DNA of 59,547 bases, counting the filler, from Actinomycetota bacterium (GTDB lineage: Bacteria > Actinomycetota > Actinomycetes > JAKEEW01), in the NCBI GenBank assembly GCA_046725875.1. It is 4 parts of 4 records of this genome, joined end to end, with 100 filler letters (N's around TTAATTAATTAA, not from the genome) between each part and the next. Parts side by side here need not be neighbours in the genome. Positions count along the whole stretch, not along the records: positions 1 to 13,932 come from JBKOZJ010000190.1; positions 14,033 to 38,676 come from JBKOZJ010000191.1; 2 more parts are not named here. One strand, written 5' to 3'. Shown here one piece after another: positions 9,852 to 18,696 of this stretch (within the stretch, counting starts at the first letter, position 1; each line of letters starts with the position of its first letter). Made by a program: the position numbers and the translations under genes. A model generated the notes under the pieces. That model did not search any database. It was given only the letters and a program-made list of their open reading frames with translations, and had not been told where the DNA came from.

Positions 9852-11540
9852 GTGTCACGTACGCGCTTAGCCCTGATCGGAATCATCGGAGTCGCTCTCG
9901 CCAGTCTCACCGGAGCTGTTGTCTTAACATCTGCGTCGGCCACGCCCGCTCCGCGCAGGATCGTCGCCGGCTGGTTGCCGTACTGGAGCATGGACAGCTC
10001 GCTCGCCACCGCCACCTCGAACGCCGACCTGTGGAGCGACGCATCTCCGTTCTGGTACGAGGCGACTGGCGCGAGCACGATCACCAACCACCCCGGCGCC
10101 GGAGACCCTGCCGTCCGCGATGCGCTGCGGGACCAGGGCATCAAAGTCCTGCCGACGGTTACCGAGACCCTCAACGCACCACAGATGGCCGCCCTGCTCG
10201 GCGACGCAAGTCAGCGCAGCGCCCACGTGACCACGCTGGTCAACCTCGTTACCACGAACGGCTACGACGGCATCGACCTCGACTACGAGCGAATGAACTG
10301 GGGCACGAGCGACCCGGCCGTGAAGACCGCCGTACGGACCGGCTTCGTCACCTTCGTTAGGGAGCTCGCAAGCGCGCTCGACACATACGGGAAGATGCTG
10401 GCCGTAACCGTCGGAGCGCGGACGAGCTCGACCACGGCGAGCTGGGCCGTCTTCGACTACAAGGGGATCGGCGCGGTTGCGGACCGGGTCCGCATCATGA
10501 CCTACGACTACCACGTCAGCACTCCAGGCGCGATCGCACCGCTGTGGTGGGTCGAGAAAGTCCTTGCGTACGCGGTCACCGAGATCCCGGCCGGTCGCAT
10601 CCAAGTCGGCGCGCCACTGTACGGCCGCGACTGGGTCTGTGCGGACTCCACATGCGAGACCAGGGCGTCTGGCACGAGCGTTAAGACCTTGAGTTACCGG
10701 CAGGCCGATGCACTGCGCGTCAATGAGGAGGCCGCCCGGCTCTGGTCGGCCACGGATGCCGCGCCGTACTTCACCTACCTGGACGATCTCGCCAGGACGC
10801 ACGTCGTTTGGTACAACGACGTCGATTCGACGAAGGCGAAGATGACGCTCGTCGGGGAGTACTATCTCGCCGGCATCGCCTTCTGGGCGGTCGGCTACGA
10901 GGACGCCCGCCAGTGGACGCCGCTGCGCGACTATGCCGTCAGCATCGCAAAGAAGTCGCGGTCGGTCTCCATCGGGAGCTTGCCGAGCAGCATTACCTAC
11001 GGAACCAAGCTGACGGTCACCGGGACCGTCAGGGATATGTCCGGGACCGTCCTGGCGAGCCAGAAGGTGGTGCTGCAGCGGCGCAGCACTACCGGCTCGA
11101 CATGGAGCAACGTTGCCACTGCCTGGACATCATCGACGGGCAGTGTCTCGTTCAGTTACACGCCGTCGACCAACAGCGTCTTCCGCCTCTATGCACCGTC
11201 GAACTGGACCTTCTACTCGGCGACGAGCAGCGAGAAGACCACATTGGTCAAGTGGAAGGTCACCGCCGCAGCTAGTGACACCACGCCGGCGAGGGGTCAG
11301 ACAATCAGGATCAGCGGGAAGGTCTCGCCGATCCGGTCGGGCACCACGGTGGAGCGGCAGAAGCTGGCCAACGGCACCTGGGTTCGCATGGCCACGACCA
11401 CCGTGAAGTCCGATGGCAGCTACTCCTTCTCCGTGCTGATGCCGTCCACCTCAACCACCCTTACCTATCGGATCAAGGTTCCGGGCACGTCGCTGAACGC
11501 CACGGCGTATTCATCCTCAATCAAGATCACGGTCGGTTGA
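9852..11540 (+). CDS. Secreted glycoside hydrolase family 18 protein with C-terminal beta-sandwich domains
   Basis: Signal peptide; YDGIDLDYE (DxDxE), IMTYDYH, GIAFWAVG; S/T-rich C-terminal modules. Confidence 0.9.
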   Translation: MSRTRLALIGIIGVALASLTGAVVLTSASATPAPRRIVAGWLPYWSMDSSLATATSNADLWSDASPFWYEATGASTITNHPGAGDPAVRDALRDQGIKVLPTVTETLNAPQMAALLGDASQRSAHVTTLVNLVTTNGYDGIDLDYERMNWGTSDPAVKTAVRTGFVTFVRELASALDTYGKMLAVTVGARTSSTTASWAVFDYKGIGAVADRVRIMTYDYHVSTPGAIAPLWWVEKVLAYAVTEIPAGRIQVGAPLYGRDWVCADSTCETRASGTSVKTLSYRQADALRVNEEAARLWSATDAAPYFTYLDDLARTHVVWYNDVDSTKAKMTLVGEYYLAGIAFWAVGYEDARQWTPLRDYAVSIAKKSRSVSIGSLPSSITYGTKLTVTGTVRDMSGTVLASQKVVLQRRSTTGSTWSNVATAWTSSTGSVSFSYTPSTNSVFRLYAPSNWTFYSATSSEKTTLVKWKVTAAASDTTPARGQTIRISGKVSPIRSGTTVERQKLANGTWVRMATTTVKSDGSYSFSVLMPSTSTTLTYRIKVPGTSLNATAYSSSIKITVG

Positions 11541-11650
11541 TCAGGGGGACGCCGTGCGCGAGCTCGTCCCGTGGCCGGCGGCGGGCCTGGGCCTCAATGG
11601 GCCGTGGACGCAGACCATCGTCGGTCGGATAGCCGTCTGGTCGCGGGTCG

Positions 11651-11671
11651 GTGATCCAGTAACTGGATCAC
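11651..11671. promoter_or_regulatory. Perfect 21-bp palindrome in intergenic DNA
   Basis: GTGATCCAGT-A-ACTGGATCAC; function unassigned. Confidence 0.45.
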
Positions 11672-11976
11672 GCGTCACCTACCTGGCTGGTCGTGCGGTC
11701 ACCTAGGTTGCCGGCGGTCAAGGTGACACATATTCGATCAGTGAAGGTGATCATCTGCCGATGACCGGCCCCGCGCGGCCAGGCGCCCGTGGAACCGGGC
11801 CAACCCAAAGGGACTACGTACACGTGGAGCTAGGTCCGGCGCATCGTGGCGGATCGAGCCCGAGAAGCGCGGCGACAGTTCGATCAGATCATGGCGACCG
11901 GATCGCCTGTGGACGAAATCCCGGCTGGAGCGGCTGAGGCACGGCAGGATGGGCCCGCGACATCCGCCGCCGGGGA

Positions 11977-13632
11977 GTGTGTATGGGACCTTGGGCCGTC
12001 CGACTCGCTGTGTTGCTCGGCACGGCGGCGACCGGTCTTGTCGGGTACGCCGGAGCGGCCACCGCCGCTGCCGATGTGCCGCGGCATCCGGTTGGCAACG
12101 AGACGATCAACCAGTCGGTCAACCTCCGGATCCAGCCCGAGCAGATCCAAATCGACTATGTGCTCGACGTCGCCGAGTTGCCCGCATTCTCGCTATGCGA
12201 GCAGCAGTTCGGGAGCGCCGGCTGTCACCCAGATCCGAGCCAGGCCGAACGGATGGCCCGCGAGGAATGCGACTACGACGCCGGGTTGATGCGGCTTGCG
12301 CTGCCGGCTGGCAGGCGCCCGACGGTCCGGGTGGCCGGCTCGGAGGTGGTCTTCCTTGACGGTAGCGGCGGCCTGTCCACCTTCCGCCTCACCTGCGCGT
12401 TCGTCGCGGACCTCGAAATCAGCGCCGAGACCGAGCTGACCTTTTCCAACGACGCCTACTTCGACACGATCGGCATTCGAGAGGTCACCGCGGTCGGCGA
12501 CGGCACGACCCTGGTGCGGTCTAGTGTTGGCAGCAGGTCGCCGACCCACCGGCTGACCGCCTTCCCGATGGAGGTGCTGCGCAACCCGCCTGACGTGCGT
12601 GAGGCGGACCTCGTCGTGCGCCCCGGTGGTCCGCGTCTCGGGGGTTCGGCGGCGCCGGGAGGCAATGGCGACACCGCCACGTCGTCCGGCAGCGACCGCG
12701 AAGCCCCAGTGGGAAGCTCGCCGTGGTCGATCGACAAGCTTTCTCGCACGTTCACCGGGTTCGTTACGCATCGGGATCTGACGGTCGCGTTTGTTATCGC
12801 GGCCCTCCTCGCGTCGGTGGGACTCGGTGCTGCCCACGCGGTCGCACCGGGTCACGGCAAGACGATGATGGCGGCTTACCTTGTCGCGGAGCGAGGCAGC
12901 GGACGGCTTGCCGTCCTCGTCGGGCTCACTGTGACCGCGACCCATACCGCTGGCGTCCTGATATTGGGCGTGGTGCTGTCCGCGACGGCCGCATTGGCCC
13001 CCTCGCGCGTCTATCCATGGCTGGGGATTGCGAGCGGCCTGCTTGTCGTCGCGGTCGGCGTCGGGCTGGTCCGCCGGGCCTGGCCAGTGCATGGGCGTGC
13101 GCATGGCGACGAGGGCCACGAGCACACGCACGGTCATGGGAACGAGCCCGGTCACAAGTTCTGGCTGGACCACGAACACCCGCGGCGTCCTGGGCCGCGT
13201 CTTCGGAGCGTCGTCGGCATGGGCATAGCGGGCGGGCTGGCACCCAGCCCGTCGGCCGTCGTCGTCCTGCTCGGCGGGATCGCGATCGGCCGGCCGTGGT
13301 TCGGTGTGCTGCTGGTCGTTGCCTACGGCCTAGGTATGGCGGTCATCCTGGCCGGGATCGGGTTCGCCCTCGTGCGGCTGCGGGACACGGCCGCCCGCCG
13401 CGGCAGGTCACTCCGCGTCCCCGGCATCGCTCGTGCACTGCCCCGGCTGACCTCAATCGCTGTAGTCGTGGTTGGCGTCGTCCTCCTCGCCCGCTCGGCG
13501 GTCGTCGTGCTTGCCTACCCGCCAGGACGCGATCCGCAGGGTCTAGCCCTGCCTCCGCGGAACAACGTTGGACCGTCGCGGCGAAAATCGGCGTCAGAAC
13601 GAAGATCCTGGACCGTCAGCTTGACGGAATGA
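11977..13632 (+). CDS. Nickel/cobalt transporter (NicO/RcnA-like) with an extracytoplasmic N-terminal domain
   Basis: Signal peptide then HPVGN; GAAHAVAPGHGKT, TATHTAGV, His-rich loop, GLAPSPSA; several TM helices. Confidence 0.88.
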   Translation: MCMGPWAVRLAVLLGTAATGLVGYAGAATAAADVPRHPVGNETINQSVNLRIQPEQIQIDYVLDVAELPAFSLCEQQFGSAGCHPDPSQAERMAREECDYDAGLMRLALPAGRRPTVRVAGSEVVFLDGSGGLSTFRLTCAFVADLEISAETELTFSNDAYFDTIGIREVTAVGDGTTLVRSSVGSRSPTHRLTAFPMEVLRNPPDVREADLVVRPGGPRLGGSAAPGGNGDTATSSGSDREAPVGSSPWSIDKLSRTFTGFVTHRDLTVAFVIAALLASVGLGAAHAVAPGHGKTMMAAYLVAERGSGRLAVLVGLTVTATHTAGVLILGVVLSATAALAPSRVYPWLGIASGLLVVAVGVGLVRRAWPVHGRAHGDEGHEHTHGHGNEPGHKFWLDHEHPRRPGPRLRSVVGMGIAGGLAPSPSAVVVLLGGIAIGRPWFGVLLVVAYGLGMAVILAGIGFALVRLRDTAARRGRSLRVPGIARALPRLTSIAVVVVGVVLLARSAVVVLAYPPGRDPQGLALPPRNNVGPSRRKSASERRSWTVSLTE

Positions 13633-13912
13633 TGCGTTCCGCCGACGGCAGGCCGTCGAGCGCGCGGTGCCGGCTGACCAGCAGCATGACCGCGGTCATG
13701 CCTCCGAGACACAGCCCGACGAGCGCGCCGGGTATGGGCCGGAACCATCCCGAACCCACCGCCCCGCCCGCGGCCAGGGCCGCCACAACGAGCCCGGCGC
13801 CGGCGGCGACGTACCTCTGTGCACGGCCGGCCTCGGTCGAGCGGGCTAGGCCCGACCGCCAGGCGGCGGGGACGGGCAGGCGTGACAGCGCGCCAGCCGC
13901 CCGGTCGAGGAT
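13616..13912 (-). CDS. C-terminal part of a membrane protein, cut by the contig end
   Basis: Two hydrophobic segments; the ORF-track N-terminus MYKRQ comes from the adapter. Confidence 0.45.
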   Translation of the reverse strand: MLDRAAGALSRLPVPAAWRSGLARSTEAGRAQRYVAAGAGLVVAALAAGGAVGSGWFRPIPGALVGLCLGGMTAVMLLVSRHRALDGLPSAERIIPSS

Positions 13913-13932
13913 CTGTCTCTTATACACATCTG
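13913..13932 (+). other. Untrimmed Nextera/Tn5 mosaic-end adapter (artefact)
   Basis: CTGTCTCTTATACACATCT(G) at the contig end. Confidence 0.97.
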
Positions 13933-14032
13933 NNNNNNNNNNNNNNNNNNNNNNNNNNNNNNNNNNNNNNNNNNNNTTAATTAATTAANNNNNNNNNNNN
14001 NNNNNNNNNNNNNNNNNNNNNNNNNNNNNNNN
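13933..14032. other. Artificial contig spacer
   Basis: N44-TTAATTAATTAA-N44 (stops in all six frames). Confidence 0.99.
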
Positions 14033-14195
14033 GGGGGCTGGCGCGGCGATGAGGGGGTGGCGCGCGGCTGTCGGGGGCTGGCGCGGCGATGAGGGGGTGG
14101 CGCGCGGCTGTCGGGGGCTGGCGCGGCGATCAGGTGGTGGCGCGCGGCGATCAGGGGTTTGGGGTGTGGCGATCAAGCTTTGCGCGCGGCGATTT
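14033..14195 (+). repeat. G-rich tandem repeat, about 8 units of 20-22 bp, with an exact 40-bp dimer present about 2.5 times
   Basis: GGGGGCTGGCGCGGCGATGA-GGGGGTGGCGCGCGGCTGTC x2, then degenerate units sharing (GCGC)GGCGATCA. Confidence 0.9.
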
Positions 14196-14206
14196 ATGGT
14201 GGGCGG

Positions 14207-15505
14207 GTGGCGAAGTCGAAGGCGCACATGCTGGAGGTCGCCGGGCGGGACGTGACGGTCACCAATCCCGACAAGCTGATCTTCCCGATCGGTGGCTACA
14301 CGAAGCTCGACCTTGTCCGCTACTACCTCGCCGTCGCCGATGGCGCTCTCCGCGGCGTTGCGGGCCGGCCGATGATTCTCAAGCGCTTCGTTAGGGGCCT
14401 GGACGAGGAGGCCTTCTTCCAGAAGCGGGCGCCGGCCAACCGGCCGGACTGGATCGAGGTGGCCGAACTGCACTACGCGTCGGGCCGGTCGGCGGATGAG
14501 GTCGTTGTGCGCGATCCGGCCGCCCTCGCTTGGGTGATCAACCTCGGGTGCATCGACCTCAACCCGCATCCCGTGCAAGCCGAAGACCTCGACCGGCCAG
14601 ACGAGCTGCGAATCGATCTCGATCCGGTGCCGGGCATCGCGTGGGCACAGATTCTCGACGTCGCGCTGGTCGCCAAGGAGGTGCTCGAGGAGCACGACCT
14701 GACCGCCTGGCCCAAGACCTCCGGCTCGCGCGGGTTCCATATCTATACGCGCATCGAGCCGCACTGGCCTTTCCGTGATGTACGGACGGCGGCGGAGGCG
14801 GTCGCGCGCGAGGTGGAGAACCGAGCTCCTGACATCGCGACCAGCAAGTGGTGGAAGGAGGAGCGGCAGGGGGTCTTCGTGGACTTCAACCAGAACGCGA
14901 AGGACCGCACGGTCGCGTCGGCGTATTCGGTTCGCCCGACCCCAGACGCTCGTGTCTCGACCCCACTGGCCTGGGACGAGGTGCCCCGCTGCCGTCCCGA
15001 GGCGTTCACGTTCGCAACCGTCCTCGACCGCTACGCCGAGATCGGCGATCCCTGGCAAGGCATCGACGAGTCATCCGGCTCGCTTGACGCCCTGCTCGAC
15101 CTCGCCAAGCGGCTTGGGCCGGCCGAGAAGCCGCCGAAGGGGAGCGGGCGCCGCCAGCCGACCAGGCCGCTCATCGAGATCGCTCGGGCCAAGACGAAGG
15201 GCGAGGCACTGGAGGGCCTAGAGCGCTGGAAGGCGCGGCATCCGTCGGTTGTCGGCTACTTGCGGCCGGCCGACGTCCTGGTGGACGGCATGCGCGGGCG
15301 CAGCTCCGTTTGGTATCGCATCCGCGTGAATTTGCAGCATGTCCCCGGGCCCGAACGGCCGCCCCAGGAGCCGCTCGAGGTCGACTACGACCCGTGGGCC
15401 GGCTTCGTCTGGCCGGACACACCTACCCCTCCTGGCGAACGGCAGACTCGTCGATCTGCGGGGAGTAGCCGGCCGCGAGGGCGCCAGCAGTCGACGGAGG
15501 CGTGA
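14207..15505 (+). CDS. Stand-alone LigD-type primase-polymerase (AEP), PolD2-like, with C-terminal extension
   Basis: VTNPDKLIFP, FFQKRAP, ELRIDLDP, KTSGSRGFHI, VDFNQNAKDRTVASAYSVR; tail PLIEIARA...VDGMRGRSSVWYRIR; TATGGT-6 bp-GTG start. Confidence 0.9.
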   Translation: MAKSKAHMLEVAGRDVTVTNPDKLIFPIGGYTKLDLVRYYLAVADGALRGVAGRPMILKRFVRGLDEEAFFQKRAPANRPDWIEVAELHYASGRSADEVVVRDPAALAWVINLGCIDLNPHPVQAEDLDRPDELRIDLDPVPGIAWAQILDVALVAKEVLEEHDLTAWPKTSGSRGFHIYTRIEPHWPFRDVRTAAEAVAREVENRAPDIATSKWWKEERQGVFVDFNQNAKDRTVASAYSVRPTPDARVSTPLAWDEVPRCRPEAFTFATVLDRYAEIGDPWQGIDESSGSLDALLDLAKRLGPAEKPPKGSGRRQPTRPLIEIARAKTKGEALEGLERWKARHPSVVGYLRPADVLVDGMRGRSSVWYRIRVNLQHVPGPERPPQEPLEVDYDPWAGFVWPDTPTPPGERQTRRSAGSSRPRGRQQSTEA

Positions 15506-16058
15506 TCATATCGACGGTTCCGACTGTCGGACGCGGCTCGGCGGCCAGGTAGCCCTCCGTTGTCCAGGGGGCAAGAGCATGGTCAAGTACGAGTACCGCG
15601 CGGCCGTTCAACAACACGAATGCGCCGGTTGGTACCGATTGCCAGCTTCGCTCGTGCAGTTGCCGGCGGCGGGTCCGGGGGACCAGGCGCTCGGCGTGCA
15701 GCCGCCGGTCGATCTCCATGGCAAGAGGGACTGGCGTACGGTTGCCCGCCGCCCAAGCCTGCCGATAGGCGTTGTATGCCGGGCGACGGCACAGCGCACA
15801 TGGTCGGTGACCTGCGGCAAGCGCAAGTGCCTCGTCGTGGAAGAACAGCCAGGTGAGCCGGCGTCGCGACCATTGCTCCGCCCGCCAGTCCTTGTATTCA
15901 AGCGCGCATGTGATCCACAGGTTACCGCGGTGAAACCGGACAATGTCGGTGCCGACGTGCAGGCAGCCGCGATTGCCCGTCCACGCACCGCGCAGCGGTG
16001 TGGCGACGATGTCGCCCAGTGGTGTGACCCGATTCTGCTTCGGCGGGGAATCGTTCAA
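15423..16058 (-). CDS. Conserved hypothetical protein with an Ada-like Cys motif
   Basis: NRVTP, GNRGCLH, WITCAL, ALAAGHRPCALCRR; start overlaps the upstream stop. Confidence 0.8.
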   Translation of the reverse strand: MNDSPPKQNRVTPLGDIVATPLRGAWTGNRGCLHVGTDIVRFHRGNLWITCALEYKDWRAEQWSRRRLTWLFFHDEALALAAGHRPCALCRRPAYNAYRQAWAAGNRTPVPLAMEIDRRLHAERLVPRTRRRQLHERSWQSVPTGAFVLLNGRAVLVLDHALAPWTTEGYLAAEPRPTVGTVDMITPPSTAGALAAGYSPQIDESAVRQEG

Positions 16059-17056
16059 GCTCGTGGGATCGCCGCGAGGATGGCGTTCTCGCGGTCGGTG
16101 TCGAGGCCAACCGGTGGCCGGTCGGGCCTGGGCTCGGGTTCGCCCTCATCGAGGAGCCACCGCCAGGTGTCGGCGACAGTCTGCTCCACCGGGCGGCAGG
16201 TCAAGCCCTCGCGGTCGGCGGCAGTGACGTCGCCGTCATGGAGACCGGCCAGCTCGCCGGTCGGCGGTGCCCAGATCGGCAGCTCGGTCCAGGCGGCTAC
16301 CCCAGCAGACTCGATCATCTCGGGCGCCACCCAGGCCAGCTCGGCCCGGCCACCAGTGGCGGCACAGGCGGCCGCGAGAAGGGTCGCCATCGTCGCGTGG
16401 CCTGGCCTGCTCACCACGTTAAAGGCGCCCTCCAGCCCACGGTCCGCGGAAGCGAGCATCCAAGCGGCGAGGTCGCGGGCGTCGATGTATTGCAGAGGTC
16501 GGTCCGGGGGGCCAGGCGCCAGAACGGGGCCACCCCGCTCCAGGCGCCGCAGCCACCACGGCAGCCTCCCGATGTCCTCATATGGACCGAGGATCAACCC
16601 AGCTCGAGCTAGCAGCGCGGGTCCGTCGAAGTACCGCAGTACGGCGAGCTCGGCGCCTCGCTTCGCCGTGGCGTAGTCGTCGGACGACTCGCCGTCGGCA
16701 TCGCCCTCGACCACCGGTGCGGTCTCGTCCAGTCCCGGTGGGATCGGCCAGCGGTAGACGGACCGGGTCGACACGAGGCCGTAGTGCGCCACCCGGCCGG
16801 TGAGCAGCTTCGCTGAGTCACCGACGACCCGAGGCGCTCCCGACCAGGTGTCGATCACGGCATCCCACTCACCGCCGCCGAGCGCGCCCGCTAGCGCAGA
16901 CTCGTGTGTCCGGTCCGCGTAGACGGGGGCGGCGCCGGCGGCAGGCGGGCCGCTCACGCCGCGGGTCACCGTGGTCACCGAGTCACCGCGCGCGAGAGCG
17001 GCTTCGACCACTGCCCGTCCGACGAAGTGCGTTCCACCAAGGACGAGAAGTTTCAC
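16055..17056 (-). CDS. NAD-dependent epimerase/dehydratase (atypical SDR)
   Basis: LVLGGTHFVG, YATAK, QYIDARDLA. Confidence 0.9.
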   Translation of the reverse strand: MKLLVLGGTHFVGRAVVEAALARGDSVTTVTRGVSGPPAAGAAPVYADRTHESALAGALGGGEWDAVIDTWSGAPRVVGDSAKLLTGRVAHYGLVSTRSVYRWPIPPGLDETAPVVEGDADGESSDDYATAKRGAELAVLRYFDGPALLARAGLILGPYEDIGRLPWWLRRLERGGPVLAPGPPDRPLQYIDARDLAAWMLASADRGLEGAFNVVSRPGHATMATLLAAACAATGGRAELAWVAPEMIESAGVAAWTELPIWAPPTGELAGLHDGDVTAADREGLTCRPVEQTVADTWRWLLDEGEPEPRPDRPPVGLDTDRENAILAAIPRA

Positions 17057-17065
17057 CCTTTGACG

Positions 17066-18259
17066 CTAGTGGCGGTCGGGGCCGGCGCGGTTCTTCGTTC
17101 GCGGAGAGCGGACCGCGGGCCTCGGGGCCGGATATGTGCGGCCCTTCCACGCGGCTCCAGCGCCACGGTAATGGGCCAGAGCTGAGTCAACGGTCATCGC
17201 AAGGTAGAGCACTGCGACCACCGGAAGTACGAGAGCGATCCCTGCGGACTGGTCGTAGTAGCGCAGCATCGGAACGTACAAGCCAGCCATCAGCAACCAC
17301 CCGGCGCCGCCGAGTGTTGAGATGACGACGCTCCCGGAGAGCAGCCCGGTGACGGCGGACACCGGCGGAGCCAGGAAAAGCACAGCCAGTCCCAGCACCG
17401 TCCCGACAAGCAACACAACCGAGTGACGTAGCTGTGCATATGCACTGCGACGGACCATTGTCCATAGTGCTGCCAGACCTCGGTACGGGCGGACCGACTC
17501 GACCCGGTCGCCGAGGCCGAGGAAGATCCGCCCGCCGGCCCGCTTGACCAGCTTGGCGAGTGCGACATCGTCGATAACCGCCCCGCGGATAGCGCCGAAC
17601 CCTCCGGCGCGTTCCAGGATCTCCCGGCGCACGAGCACGCAGCCGCCGGCAGCCGCCGCGGTTCGGCCCGACGGCCGGTTGGCCCAGCGGAAGGGATAGA
17701 GCAGCGCGAAGAAATAGACGAACGCCGGGACGATGAGCCGCTCCCACGCCGTCTCGCTGCGCAGCCGCGCCATCTGAGAAACAAGATCGCGGTCGTCGGC
17801 GGCCCGAACGAGCGACGTCACTGAGTCGGTGGCATGGGCGATGTCCGCATCTGTGAACAGCAGGAAGTCCGTCTCGCCGGCCTCCCGGAGGCCGGCGTGG
17901 AGTGCCCATACCTTGCCAGTCCACCCGGCGGATGGCTCGCCGGACTCGACGACCGTGACCGGACGGCTACTTGCAGCGGCCAGCGCATGAGCTGCGCCCG
18001 CGGTCCCGTCCATTGATCCGTCGTCGACGAGGATCACTCGCAGCGGGCCGGCGTATTCCTGAGCCAGCACGGTAGGCAGGGTCCGCGGCAGGATCGCGGC
18101 CTCGTCTCGGGCCGGAATCACCACCGCCACCGCCGGCCAGACCGGCGGAGCCGTGCCGTTCGGCAGCCGTACGTCTGCTCGCCAGTAGGCGCCACGGAAC
18201 AGCGCGAGCCACATCCAGGCGGCAAGGGCAACGACCGGGGCCACCGCGAGGACCGTCAT
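17066..18259 (-). CDS. hpnB: Hopene-associated glycosyltransferase (GT2, HpnB-like)
   Basis: VIPARDEA, VDDGSMDGT, GWTGKVWA, FTDADIAH, AAAAGGCVL, IDDVALA, WKGRTY; ATG 18259 overlaps the upstream stop. Confidence 0.8.
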   Translation of the reverse strand: MTVLAVAPVVALAAWMWLALFRGAYWRADVRLPNGTAPPVWPAVAVVIPARDEAAILPRTLPTVLAQEYAGPLRVILVDDGSMDGTAGAAHALAAASSRPVTVVESGEPSAGWTGKVWALHAGLREAGETDFLLFTDADIAHATDSVTSLVRAADDRDLVSQMARLRSETAWERLIVPAFVYFFALLYPFRWANRPSGRTAAAAGGCVLVRREILERAGGFGAIRGAVIDDVALAKLVKRAGGRIFLGLGDRVESVRPYRGLAALWTMVRRSAYAQLRHSVVLLVGTVLGLAVLFLAPPVSAVTGLLSGSVVISTLGGAGWLLMAGLYVPMLRYYDQSAGIALVLPVVAVLYLAMTVDSALAHYRGAGAAWKGRTYPAPRPAVRSPRTKNRAGPDRH

Positions 18260-18501
18260 CGCCAGAACGAAATGTCGCGCACGACGTGAGTCTCGGTGTC
18301 GGTGACCATGGGAAGGTCGACGATGGCGTCGATGATCGGTTCCAGCGCCGCGAGATCTTCGCCTTCCACGATCGCGACCACGGGCGGTCCACCATAGAGC
18401 GCGTCGGCTCGGGCAACTCCCGTGATTTTGCGAATGGCTTGGCACGCTGCCCGCGGTCCGGGATTCGTCGTTGACACGAAGACATACGCTGCGATCGCCA
18501 T
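18256..18501 (-). CDS. Stand-alone Lrp/AsnC ligand-binding (RAM) domain protein
   Basis: AYVFV...IRKITGV...ALYG...VAIVEGEDL...VTDTETHVV; TAGCCT-6 bp-ATG. Confidence 0.75.
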   Translation of the reverse strand: MAIAAYVFVSTTNPGPRAACQAIRKITGVARADALYGGPPVVAIVEGEDLAALEPIIDAIVDLPMVTDTETHVVRDISFWR

Positions 18502-18696
18502 CACCGTAGGCTAGGCGACCCGCCGACATCGATGAGTTCCGCGGCACAGTTCGGTCCTATGTATGGGCTCGCGCTGACAGAACGAGAAGATCATGGGCAA
18601 CCTGGCCAAACCGGGGCTCAGCTCCTTTGAGTATGCGGTCGGTCGCAACGGCGCTCGCGTTGCTAGCAGGTCGGCTGGCCGTGGGACAGTGGTGCC

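Noticed and set aside
13913..13932. Tn5 mosaic end as a real transposon end
   Set aside because: It is the exact Nextera adapter sequence at a contig end, with no transposase or partner end.
13933..14032. TTAATTAATTAA motif recurring three times
   Set aside because: Synthetic contig linker flanked by N runs.
14033..14195. CRISPR array beside a primase-polymerase
   Set aside because: The units are contiguous with no unique spacers, and no cas genes are present.
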